From: Wenzhouxiangellaceae bacterium
GTDB taxonomy: Bacteria; Pseudomonadota; Gammaproteobacteria; Xanthomonadales; Wenzhouxiangellaceae
Reading direction: 5' to 3'
DNA length: 64,000 nucleotides
Assembly: GCA_018334995.1 (NCBI GenBank)
Contig: JAGXKW010000003.1
Span: 35,996-99,995 of the forward strand
A program made the position numbers and the translations under genes. Below, piece after piece: positions 39,326 to 47,834 of the stretch. Positions within the stretch are counted from its first letter, which is position 1; each line of letters begins with the position of its first letter. A model generated the notes under the pieces. The model saw only the letters and a program-made list of their open reading frames with translations, had not been told where the DNA came from and ran no database searches.

Positions 39326-40384
39326 ATGCTCGCTGCGCGACGATGCCTGCCTGCGCTGCTGGCCGGCGCGATGGCCGGCCTGGCCGCCGCGCACGTCCAT
39401 GCCCAGGATCCGCCGCAGGAAACGGGAGAGCAGTCGCCTGAACCGGACCGGGTGGTATTGCGCAACGGCTCGGTGGTGTTCGGCACCGTGACCGATGTCG
39501 CCGACGGCAGCATCAGCATCGAGACCGACTTCGCGGGCGCCATCGAGATTGCCCAGGCGCAGGTCGTCGAGATGCAGGTACGCGGCCAGCATTCGCTGAA
39601 GCTGGCCGACGGCCGGGTGCTCGGCGAATCGCCGATCGAAGTGCGCGAAGGCGAACTGATCCTCCCGGACAATTCCGTGAGCCTGGTGGACCTGGAGCGC
39701 ATGGATCCCGAGCCCTGGGAGCTGGGCAAAGGCTACGAATGGACCGGGCGGGCCAGCATCGCCCTGGTCTACGAGCAGGGCAATACCGATACCGAAGAAG
39801 CGGACTATCGCGTAAATGCGCGTGCCAACGGCCTGAACGACCGGTTCACGCTGCGCGCACTCGGCGAGATCGACCGCGTCAACGATGTCAAGAACGCCGA
39901 GAACTGGTCGATTACCGGCAAGTACGACCGGTTCATCTCTGACCAGTGGTACTGGGGTCTTGCGACGCGCTTCGAGCGCGACCGGTTCGCCGACCTCAAC
40001 CTTCGAACCTACCTCGGTCCCTACCTGGGACATGATTTAGCCTGGGACAAGTACGCCAACGTCGAGCTCGAACTCGGGGTGTCGTATGTGCGCGAAAACT
40101 TCATCGTCGAAGACGACCGCTATTATCCCGGCATGGTCTGGACCATCGATGCGAAATCGGACTGGCTCGGGGAGCGCTTCGAACCCTACTTCTACCAGAA
40201 CGGGGTGTGGGATCTCGACGACACTTCCAACGTCGTCGTCGACACCACGGTCGGCGTGACGTTTCCGCTGATCGGAAACGTCATCGGCGCGGCGGAATTG
40301 CTGGTGGAATACGACGCCGGCACGGTGGCCGAGGTCGCATCGGTGGACCAGACTTACCGGTTCCGGCTCGGATACACCTGGTAG
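39326..40384 (+). CDS. DUF481 (YdiY-like) outer-membrane beta-barrel protein
   Basis: Signal peptide ...LAGAMAGLAAAHVHA-QD. N-terminal soluble repeat (VVLRNGSVVFGTVTDVADGSISIE). Barrel strands. C-terminal YRFRLGYTW. Starts 9 nt after the amidohydrolase gene. Confidence 0.78.
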   Translation: MLAARRCLPALLAGAMAGLAAAHVHAQDPPQETGEQSPEPDRVVLRNGSVVFGTVTDVADGSISIETDFAGAIEIAQAQVVEMQVRGQHSLKLADGRVLGESPIEVREGELILPDNSVSLVDLERMDPEPWELGKGYEWTGRASIALVYEQGNTDTEEADYRVNARANGLNDRFTLRALGEIDRVNDVKNAENWSITGKYDRFISDQWYWGLATRFERDRFADLNLRTYLGPYLGHDLAWDKYANVELELGVSYVRENFIVEDDRYYPGMVWTIDAKSDWLGERFEPYFYQNGVWDLDDTSNVVVDTTVGVTFPLIGNVIGAAELLVEYDAGTVAEVASVDQTYRFRLGYTW

Positions 40385-40391
40385 CCGCCGT

Positions 40392-42383
40392 TCACCCGTC
40401 GAGCATCGCCTTGAGCGCGGCCAGATTGCCGCGAGCCTCGTCGGCGCTGGGCGGCGCCTGGCCGTCCTTGCCGGGCCAGTCGAGCAGTTCCATCGGCAGT
40501 TCTTCGATGAAGCGGCTGGGTTCGCGCGCACTGGTTTCGCCGAACTGGCGGCGGGACTTGCAAAACGAAAGGCTCAGGCGGCGCTCGGCGCGTGTCAGGC
40601 CGACATACATCAGCCGCCGTTCTTCCTCGATGCGTCCCTCCTCGATGCTGCGCAGATGGGGCAGCAGCCCGTCTTCGAGGCCGGCCAGCCACACGCGCGG
40701 GAACTCCAGCCCCTTGGCTGCGTGCAGCGTCATCAGGCGCACCTCGTCGGCGTCGCTGTCGCGCTCGTCGTCGGGCCCGGCGGCCAGGCTCACGCGCGCG
40801 ATCAGTTCGTCGCCCGAGCCGGTATCGGCCGACAGCCGCTCGACCCAGCGCACCAGGTCGTCCAGGCTCTTGCGCCGACGCCTTGCCTGCTCGGGCTTGT
40901 CGGACTGCTCGTCCAGCCACTCGCCGTACTCGATGTGCTCGAGGAGCTCGCGGTAGTGCGTGCCGGTGTCGGTTTGCTCACCGCGCTCGAGGCGGTGATT
41001 GAAGTCGATCAGCATGTTGCTGAACCCGCGCAGGCCGCGCGCGGCGCGCTCGGGCAATTCGCGCTGGAACTGGGCGTCGGCGGCGGCCTCGAACAGGCTC
41101 TGGCCGGCGGCGCGCGCGTAGTCCATCAGGCGCGCCATGGAACTCGAGCCGATGCCGCGCCTGGGCGTGTTGGCCACGCGCATGAAAGACGGGTTGTCTT
41201 CCGGATTGAGCAATAACTTCAGGTAGGCCAGTCCGTCGCGGATCTCGCGCGCGTCGAACCAGCTGGGTCCACCCGAGATCCGGTACGGAATGCCGTACTC
41301 GCGCAGCGCCTTCTCGATTTCGCGCGCCTGGAAATTGGAGCGGTACAGCACCGCGGCGTGGCCCCAGCGCATCGAAGACGAACCGTGCGATTCCATCAGC
41401 GCGCGCGCAATGCCCTCGGCTTCCTCGACCTCGTCGCCGTATTCGCGTATCGCGATCCGGTCGCCCGGGCCATGTTCGCTCCAGAGCCGCTTCTCGTGAG
41501 TATGCGGGTTGCCGGCGATCACCGCGTTGGCGGCCTTGAGAATCGTGCCCACCGAGCGGTAGTTCTGCTCGAGCTTGATCACCGCCAGGCGCGGGTAGTC
41601 CACGCCCAGCTGGTCGAGGTTTTCCGGTCGCGCGCCGCGCCAGCCGTAGATCGACTGGTCGTCGTCCCCGACCGCGGTGAAGGTGCCGGATTCGCCCGAC
41701 AGGCGCCGGAGAAGCCGATACTGGGCGGCCGAGGTGTCCTGGTATTCGTCGACCAGGAAATAGCGCATGCGTGAACGCCAGCGGGCGCGCATTTCCGGCG
41801 CGTCGAGCATCTTCGCCGGCAGCGCGATCAGGTCGTCGAAGTCGACCGCGTTGAGCTCGTCCAGGCGCTGCCGGTAGGCGGAATACACGCTTGCCAGCTG
41901 CGCCTCGCCCTCGCTCTCGGCGCCGGAAAGTGCGCGCGCCGGTTCGATCCCGGCGTCCTTGAGCCGGCCGATCGCGGCCTGGGCCATGTAGACCTGGTCG
42001 CTCCTGGCCGCGCCGGGCAGCAGTTCGCGCACCAGGTCGGCGGCGGCGTGCTGGTCCAGGATGCTGATGCCGTGCTTGAGTCCGGCGGCTTGCGGATCGT
42101 CCCTGACGATGGCCCAGCCCAGGCTGTGGAAGGTGCTGACGGTCAGCCCCTCGGCGGCCTTGCGCCTGATGCGCTTGCCGACGCGCTTGCGCATCTCGCG
42201 CGCGGCCTTGTTGGTGAAAGTGATTGCAGCGATCTGGCTGGCCCGGAAATGGCCCTGGTCGATCAGCCAGGCGATCTTCTCGGTAATCACCCGGGTCTTG
42301 CCCGACCCGGCGCCGGCGAGCACCAGCAGGGGCGATTCGAAGTGCGTGACCGCGGCACGCTGCTGGGGGTTGAGACCGTCCAT
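40392..42383 (-). CDS. rep: ATP-dependent DNA helicase Rep
   Basis: MDGLNPQQRAAVTHFESPLLVLAGAGSGKTRVITEKIAWLI aligns with the E. coli Rep N-terminus. SF1 motifs throughout. ATG 42383 is preferred over the TTG at 42413. Confidence 0.92.
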   Translation of the reverse strand: MDGLNPQQRAAVTHFESPLLVLAGAGSGKTRVITEKIAWLIDQGHFRASQIAAITFTNKAAREMRKRVGKRIRRKAAEGLTVSTFHSLGWAIVRDDPQAAGLKHGISILDQHAAADLVRELLPGAARSDQVYMAQAAIGRLKDAGIEPARALSGAESEGEAQLASVYSAYRQRLDELNAVDFDDLIALPAKMLDAPEMRARWRSRMRYFLVDEYQDTSAAQYRLLRRLSGESGTFTAVGDDDQSIYGWRGARPENLDQLGVDYPRLAVIKLEQNYRSVGTILKAANAVIAGNPHTHEKRLWSEHGPGDRIAIREYGDEVEEAEGIARALMESHGSSSMRWGHAAVLYRSNFQAREIEKALREYGIPYRISGGPSWFDAREIRDGLAYLKLLLNPEDNPSFMRVANTPRRGIGSSSMARLMDYARAAGQSLFEAAADAQFQRELPERAARGLRGFSNMLIDFNHRLERGEQTDTGTHYRELLEHIEYGEWLDEQSDKPEQARRRRKSLDDLVRWVERLSADTGSGDELIARVSLAAGPDDERDSDADEVRLMTLHAAKGLEFPRVWLAGLEDGLLPHLRSIEEGRIEEERRLMYVGLTRAERRLSLSFCKSRRQFGETSAREPSRFIEELPMELLDWPGKDGQAPPSADEARGNLAALKAMLDG

Positions 42384-42448
42384 AGGCGCGGAATTGTACG
42401 CCGGCGCCGGCAAATCTGCCGGCTCGGTCGCCCGTATACTTCCCGTCC

Positions 42449-43051
42449 ATGGCCAAGCTCTATTTCTACTACTCGACCATGAACGCCGGCAAGACCACGG
42501 TCCTGCTGCAGTCGGCCCACAATTACCGCGAGCGCGGCATGCGTCCGGTGCTGCTCACGCCGGCGCTGGACGATCGGGCCGGGCGCGGGCGGATCCGCTC
42601 GCGGGTCGGGCTGGAGGCCGAGGCCGACGTGTTCGAGCCCGACGACGACCTGCACGCCACGGTACGGACGCGCGCTGCTGAAGGCCCGATCGCCTGCGTG
42701 CTGATCGACGAGGCGCAGTTCCTGACCCGCGAGCAGGTCTACCAGTCGAGCGAAATCGTCGACCGGCTCGGCGTGCCGGTGCTGGCGTTCGGGCTACGGA
42801 CCGACTTTCGCGGCGAGCTGTTCCCGGGCAGCCAGTACCTGATGGCCTGGGCCGACGAGCTCAAGGAGCTCAAGACCATCTGTCATACCGGCAAGAAGGC
42901 GACCATGGTCGTTCGCGTCGACGAGACGGGCAACGCGCTGACCGAAGGGGACCAGGTCCAGATCGGCGGCAACGAACGCTACGTCCCGGTCAGCCGCGCC
43001 GAGTTCAAGCGTGTGTTCTATCACGGTGAAAAGGCACGCTTGTTCAAATAG
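42449..43051 (+). CDS. tdk: thymidine kinase
   Basis: [21 protein letters not shown] (P-loop), IDEAQFL, C-terminal zinc-type motif CHTGKKA...RYVPVSR. 200 aa. Confidence 0.95.
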   Translation: MAKLYFYYSTMNAGKTTVLLQSAHNYRERGMRPVLLTPALDDRAGRGRIRSRVGLEAEADVFEPDDDLHATVRTRAAEGPIACVLIDEAQFLTREQVYQSSEIVDRLGVPVLAFGLRTDFRGELFPGSQYLMAWADELKELKTICHTGKKATMVVRVDETGNALTEGDQVQIGGNERYVPVSRAEFKRVFYHGEKARLFK

Positions 43052-43135
43052 TGCGCAGCGCGCGGTGTTTTGGGCATTGCGGATCACGTATGAGCGTCAG
43101 CCAGAGACCGTGCCCTCCATTAAGCAACGGCGTTT

Positions 43136-43449
43136 TGTATTGAAACCGCAAATGAACGCAAATGAACGCAAATAAAGCGTTTATAGCGAACCAGACGTAG
43201 GGTGTGTTGAGCCGGAGGCGAAACGCACCGATCTGCATTCTTGCAAACGCTTCAATGCCTTTCGCTGTCCGTTCGATGCGTGTTCGCTTCGCTCAACGCA
43301 CCCTACCCGGTATTCGGTCACTGAATAAGATACGTAATCAGATTGTATTGAAACCGCAAATGGACGCAAATGAATGCAAATGAACCGTGTATAGCGAACC
43401 AGATTCAGCTCATCGAACATTTGCGTTCATTTGCCTCCATTTGCGATTT
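43136..43449. repeat. composite low-GC intergenic element: two 60-bp direct repeats carrying 10-bp iterons, a REP-like inverted pair between them, and a third inverted iteron block
   Basis: DR1 43136-43195 and DR2 43344-43403 are 55/60 identical and each holds three GCAAATGAAC-like units. 43418-43449 is the inverted copy (29/32). 43197-43212 GTAGGGTGTGTTGAGC pairs with 43291-43306 GCTCAACGCACCCTAC. Confidence 0.85.
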
Positions 43450-43485
43450 AAAAAAGAGTTGTCTGGACCGTCCAGCCGCTGATTC

Positions 43486-45273
43486 TCAATCGTCGCTCAT
43501 CGCCGAAATCACCCGATCCTCGCCGAGTTCCGCCTGCCCGTCGAGGACCGCTTCGACCGTGTCCAGTCCTTCCCACAGGTACGGCAGCAGCGGCCGGTAG
43601 CGCCCGGAGACGCCGGGAAAGGGCACGATGACGTCGAAATGCTGGGCCCCGTCGATCTCCCGGTAGCGCAGCTGTCCGGCGCCGTGGTCGCGGGCCGTCT
43701 CGACGTAGGGGCGCGAACTGAACGCGGCCGGGATCAGGCCGTCCTGGCGGCCGTGCAGAATCAGTATCGGGATCTCGGGCAGTTCGGCCGTGGCGTGGGT
43801 TTCCCGTACCGCCGCGCGCAGCTTTTCCGATTGCGCGCTGTCGCCGGTCCACAATGCGCGCAGGCAGACCAGGGCCGGGAAATCCGGGTCCTGCGCATCG
43901 CCGTCCGCACGCGGATCGATCCATTCCAGCCCGGCGCCGGGCACGACGCCGCTGGAGGTGGCCCACCACATTTCGCGCTGTGCCTTGGCGGCCGGCTGCG
44001 GCCGGCCGTCGTCGCCGGTGGCGGCAATGCCAAGATCGCACGGCATCGCGTCGACCGGCGTGCCGAGATAGGCCGAGGCGTACATGGCCGCGACCGAGCG
44101 CCATACGTCCAGCGTCGCATTCACCGCCGCCTGCTCCAGGGCGCCGGTTTCGAAGCCGGCCGCCTCCAGCACCGCGCGCGCCGCCGCCGGTGCGGGTTCG
44201 TCGATGATGCCGGCCGCGTGCAGCGAGGCGCAGCGCCGCGCGCCGGCAGGCTGCAGCGCGGGATTGCCGAACGGCAGCGTGGCGAGCCAGTCGGCGTCGG
44301 CCAGCAGGCAGGGCTGCAGCAGCGCGGCCTCGGTGGCGTAATCGTAGAGGTGCCGTGCATCCGGCGCAGTGACGTTGGGCGCGGCCACCACCGCGGCGTC
44401 GAACAGGCCGGGCTCGGCCTGCTCCAGTGCGCGCAGCGCGGCGCCGCCGCCGTTGGAAATCGCCGCGGCGATCACGCGCACGCGCCCGGGCGTGAAGGCG
44501 GCCGCGTCGGGAAACGTCCTGGCCAGCACCTCCAGTCCGAAGTGCGTCGCGACGATCGTGTGCCGACCCCAGTCGGCCTCCAGGTTGTCGCCGGAGTGGG
44601 CGTGCGGCACCGAGACCAGCGGCGCCGGCGCTGGGCCCGGGGCAAAGGCCAGCGGCTGTTCGCGGCGGCCGGCGCGGGTACCGTCCAGCGCCACGCCGGT
44701 GTCGGCGGCGTGATCGAACAGGTCGGTCCCGGCGCCCTTGTCGGTCAGCACCAGCGCGCAGCCGCGCGGCAGGGCCCACGGGCCGGCGACCGGCAGTCCG
44801 CCGTAGATGCCGCGCGAACCCGAGGCCGGCGCGACCACCAGGCACGGGTTTTCCGGATCGAAGGCGTCGGGCAGCTGCAGCATCACGCGGAATGGTTGCT
44901 CGGCCCAGCGCAGCCGGGCGAAGGCGTGGAATTCGCGGCCGGGAACTTCCGGCAGCGTTGCGTCGGCGTCGAAGCCGCCGGTGGCGGTCAGGTCGGCCAG
45001 TCCCTGGTAGTTGGTGTGGATGGCCAGCCGGCGCAGCAGCGCGTCGCGGGCCATCGTCGTGTCGGTCAGTCGCGGCGCCGGCCCGCGCAGTCCGTCCAGC
45101 CCCAGCCCCGCGCTCAGCAGGTCGTCGCCGTCGCGGTGGATCGTCGCGCGCACTTCGGAGGCGAGCGTGTCGGGCCGGGGTGCCGGATCCCGGTCGGATT
45201 CGTCGGGGGCCTGGTCGGCACAGGCGGCAAGCATCAGTGCGCTGAACGCGCCGGTCAGTCGGGATGGAATCAC
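43486..45273 (-). CDS. D-(-)-3-hydroxybutyrate oligomer hydrolase family protein, lipoprotein
   Basis: Start moved to GTG 45273 (AGGAA 6 nt upstream), giving VIPSRLTGAFSALMLAACAD (lipobox). HRDGDDLLSAGLGLDGLR and downstream blocks resemble the 3HBOH family from memory. Confidence 0.78.
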   Translation of the reverse strand: MIPSRLTGAFSALMLAACADQAPDESDRDPAPRPDTLASEVRATIHRDGDDLLSAGLGLDGLRGPAPRLTDTTMARDALLRRLAIHTNYQGLADLTATGGFDADATLPEVPGREFHAFARLRWAEQPFRVMLQLPDAFDPENPCLVVAPASGSRGIYGGLPVAGPWALPRGCALVLTDKGAGTDLFDHAADTGVALDGTRAGRREQPLAFAPGPAPAPLVSVPHAHSGDNLEADWGRHTIVATHFGLEVLARTFPDAAAFTPGRVRVIAAAISNGGGAALRALEQAEPGLFDAAVVAAPNVTAPDARHLYDYATEAALLQPCLLADADWLATLPFGNPALQPAGARRCASLHAAGIIDEPAPAAARAVLEAAGFETGALEQAAVNATLDVWRSVAAMYASAYLGTPVDAMPCDLGIAATGDDGRPQPAAKAQREMWWATSSGVVPGAGLEWIDPRADGDAQDPDFPALVCLRALWTGDSAQSEKLRAAVRETHATAELPEIPILILHGRQDGLIPAAFSSRPYVETARDHGAGQLRYREIDGAQHFDVIVPFPGVSGRYRPLLPYLWEGLDTVEAVLDGQAELGEDRVISAMSDD

Positions 45274-45397
45274 GCGCGGTTCCTGGTCGTTGAATCGGGC
45301 TGAATGTAGCACCGTTGGCCGTACGCACGCGATGGACTTTGGTACAGCGTCGGCATCCGGCGTAACATGCCGCCAGGCCCATGCACGCGCCGCCACG

Positions 45398-46054
45398 ATG
45401 ACGCGAGTCGTAATCGCCGATGATCATCCGCTGTTTCGCAGTGCGCTGAAGCTTGCGCTGGGCGACTGCGTGGATGCGGCCGAAGTGCTGGAGGCCGAGA
45501 ACCTGGACCGGACCCGCGCGCTGCTCGCCGGCAGCGACGGCATCGACCTGCTGCTGCTCGACCTGCACATGCCCGGCAGCAACGGTCTGACCGGGCTGGT
45601 CGGCATCCGTTGTGAATTTCCGGAAGTCGCCGTGGTCGTGATTTCGGCCAACGAGCACCCGGGCGTGATCCGCCGCGCGCTGGATCACGGTGCGGCCGGG
45701 TTCATTCCCAAGAGTTCCGGGCTGGAGGTGCTGACCGAGGCGATCAACGCGGTGCTCGACTGCCGCACCTGGGTGCCGCCCCACCTCCACCGTTCCGTGG
45801 CGGCGATGGATGCCGGGGACGACGGCCTGAGCGGGCGCATGTCGCTGCTCACCCCGCAACAGTTTCGCGTGCTGCAGATGGTCGCCGACGGGCAGCTCAA
45901 CAAGCAGATCGCCGACCGGTTGGGCATCCAGGAGCGTACCGTGAAGGCCCACATGAGCGAAATCTTCGCCAAGCTGGAAGTGCGCAACCGGACCCAGGCC
46001 GGTGTCGCGTTCCGGCACCTGGAGTTGCTGGATCCGAACACGATTCACGAGTAG
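45398..46054 (+). CDS. NarL/FixJ (LuxR-type HTH) response regulator
   Basis: Start moved to ATG 45398. MTRVVIADDHPLFRSAL...LLLLDLHMPGSNG receiver. LTPQQFRVLQMVADGQLNKQIADRLGIQERTVKAHMSEIFAKLEVRNRTQA HTH. Confidence 0.9.
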   Translation: MTRVVIADDHPLFRSALKLALGDCVDAAEVLEAENLDRTRALLAGSDGIDLLLLDLHMPGSNGLTGLVGIRCEFPEVAVVVISANEHPGVIRRALDHGAAGFIPKSSGLEVLTEAINAVLDCRTWVPPHLHRSVAAMDAGDDGLSGRMSLLTPQQFRVLQMVADGQLNKQIADRLGIQERTVKAHMSEIFAKLEVRNRTQAGVAFRHLELLDPNTIHE

Positions 46055-46142
46055 CGCACTGCGCCTGCGTGAGATCGGGCGGTCGAAAATCGATTCTTCC
46101 AGCCGTCCGCCCGGCTTGCCGGTCAGGTCGTCGGGCGCGTGC

Positions 46143-46661
46143 TCATCCGACCGCCGAAAAGGCTTTCGACAATATGCCGATCAGGATCAGCACGGCGGCG
46201 GCGTAGACTGCGGCGAGCAGATCGTCGAGCATGATGCCGAATCCGCCGTGAACCTTCTCGTCCAGCCAGTCGATCGGCCAGGGCTTGACCACGTCGAAGA
46301 AGCGAAACGCGGCGAACGCCGCCAGCCACCAGGCCCAGTGGAACGGCACCAGCGCCAGCACCAGCCAGATCCCGACGAACTCGTCCCAGACGATCCCGCC
46401 GTGGTCGTGGACGCCGAGCGCCTGGGACGCCTTTTGACAGATCGGGATTCCGGCGAGGAAAGCGAGCCCGACCAGGCCCAGCGCCGCCCATATCGGAATT
46501 CCGGCCAACGGCAGCGCCACCAGCATGCCGGCCAGTGTGCCGGCCGTGCCGGGCGCGAACGGAACCAGGCCCGAGCCGAAGCCGAACGCCAGAAAGCCGA
46601 TCGGACTCTGCATGGCCACGTGAATCAATGCCTGCTGATCAAGGTCGACGTTGTCGTTCAT
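46143..46661 (-). CDS. pgpA: phosphatidylglycerophosphatase A
   Basis: Start moved to ATG 46661. GFGSGLVPFAPGTAGTL...DHGGIVWDEFVG...RFFDVVKPWPI...GGFGIMLDD are PgpA blocks. Downstream of thiL. Confidence 0.9.
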   Translation of the reverse strand: MNDNVDLDQQALIHVAMQSPIGFLAFGFGSGLVPFAPGTAGTLAGMLVALPLAGIPIWAALGLVGLAFLAGIPICQKASQALGVHDHGGIVWDEFVGIWLVLALVPFHWAWWLAAFAAFRFFDVVKPWPIDWLDEKVHGGFGIMLDDLLAAVYAAAVLILIGILSKAFSAVG

Positions 46662-46757
46662 GCTGAAATCCCATGGGCATGTCTTGGTAACCGTCGATAC
46701 GCGGCGTTTGCGCGTCCCGGCCGGCGCAGTCTGCATGAAGCGCCGGTGCGAAACGCC

Positions 46758-47690
46758 TCAATCGAAATGATCCCAGCCGGACCCGGCGGCCTCGACGACG
46801 TTGCCGCCGGCGTCCAGGCATACGATCTCGCCCGAAGCGGTGATGCGGCCGATCTCGGTCAGCTCGATCCCGCCGACCGTGGCCGGTAATTCCGATTCTT
46901 CCGCCACCAGCGCGAGCAGTTCGTAATCGCCGCCGGAAAACTGCAGCGGCCAGCGCTCGCGCGGTTCGGGTACGGCTTCGGCCAGTGCGGACGACGTCGG
47001 CAACCGGTCGCAGCGAATCTCGGCGCCGAGTTCACCGGTCAGGTGGGCGAGGTCGGCGAGCAGGCCGTCGGAAATATCGATCATGGCCTTGGCAATCCCG
47101 GCCAGCTCGCGGCCTGCCGCGATCCGCGGCACGGGCTTCAGCAGGCGCGCGCGCAGCGCACCGCCCGCCGCTTTTCCCAGCTTCAGCCCGGCGGCCGCGT
47201 CGCCCAGCGTGCCGGTCACCGCGATACGCTGGCCGGGCCGGGCGCCGCTGCGGGTGGCGAATTCCGCAGCGGGCACTTCGCCCAGCGCGGTCACGCCGAT
47301 ATTCAGCGGCCCGCGCGCGATGTTGCCGCCGGCCAGCGCGCAGTCGTGTTCGGCCGCCAGCGGCAGGAACCCGTCGAGGAAGGCGCGCAGCCAGGCCGGG
47401 TCGGCTTCCGGCAGTGTCAGCGTCACCAGGCACCAGCGCGGGGTCGCCCCCATCGCCGCCAGGTCGCTCAGGTTCACCGCCAGCGCCAGGTGGCCGATTT
47501 CTTCGGGCGCGGCGCGGTCGTCGCCGGCATCGACGAAATGCCGCCCGCCGACCAGGTTGTCGGTGGTCGCCACCAGCTGCATGGCGGGCGAGGGCTGCAG
47601 CACCGCCGCGTCGTCGTCGATGCCAAGCACCACGCCGGACCCGACCGGCGCGCGGGCCTTGATCTCGGCGATCAGGTCGAATTCGTTCAT
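46758..47690 (-). CDS. thiL: thiamine-monophosphate kinase
   Basis: MNEFDLIAEIKARAP...LGIDDDAAVL...TTDNLVGGRHF AIR-synthase-like fold. thiL-pgpA pairing. Confidence 0.93.
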   Translation of the reverse strand: MNEFDLIAEIKARAPVGSGVVLGIDDDAAVLQPSPAMQLVATTDNLVGGRHFVDAGDDRAAPEEIGHLALAVNLSDLAAMGATPRWCLVTLTLPEADPAWLRAFLDGFLPLAAEHDCALAGGNIARGPLNIGVTALGEVPAAEFATRSGARPGQRIAVTGTLGDAAAGLKLGKAAGGALRARLLKPVPRIAAGRELAGIAKAMIDISDGLLADLAHLTGELGAEIRCDRLPTSSALAEAVPEPRERWPLQFSGGDYELLALVAEESELPATVGGIELTEIGRITASGEIVCLDAGGNVVEAAGSGWDHFD

Positions 47691-47834
47691 CGATATCGGC
47701 TTCTTGAGAAGGCGGAGAGCCGAAGTTCAGGCGGCCTCACGCAGGCTATTCAGGCGATACGCCACGACCGCGCACGCCGCCGCACCGGCAGCGCCGGTCG
47801 AATCGATGCATTTCGATCGACCGCTTGCGCAAGT

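Noticed and set aside
43052-43071. Weak hairpin GCGC-AGC-GCGC followed by GGTGTTTT as the tdk terminator
   Set aside because: The stem is only 4 bp and the T-run is interrupted. The large structured element just downstream is a more likely transcript end. Not reported as a feature.
43044-43600. Small ORFs (64, 79 and 76 aa) inside the low-GC element, e.g. ...RSVRFASGSTHPTSGSL
   Set aside because: They run through palindromic and iteron repeats, have no RBS or domain, and peptides of this kind are the usual artefact of translating REP-like palindromes.
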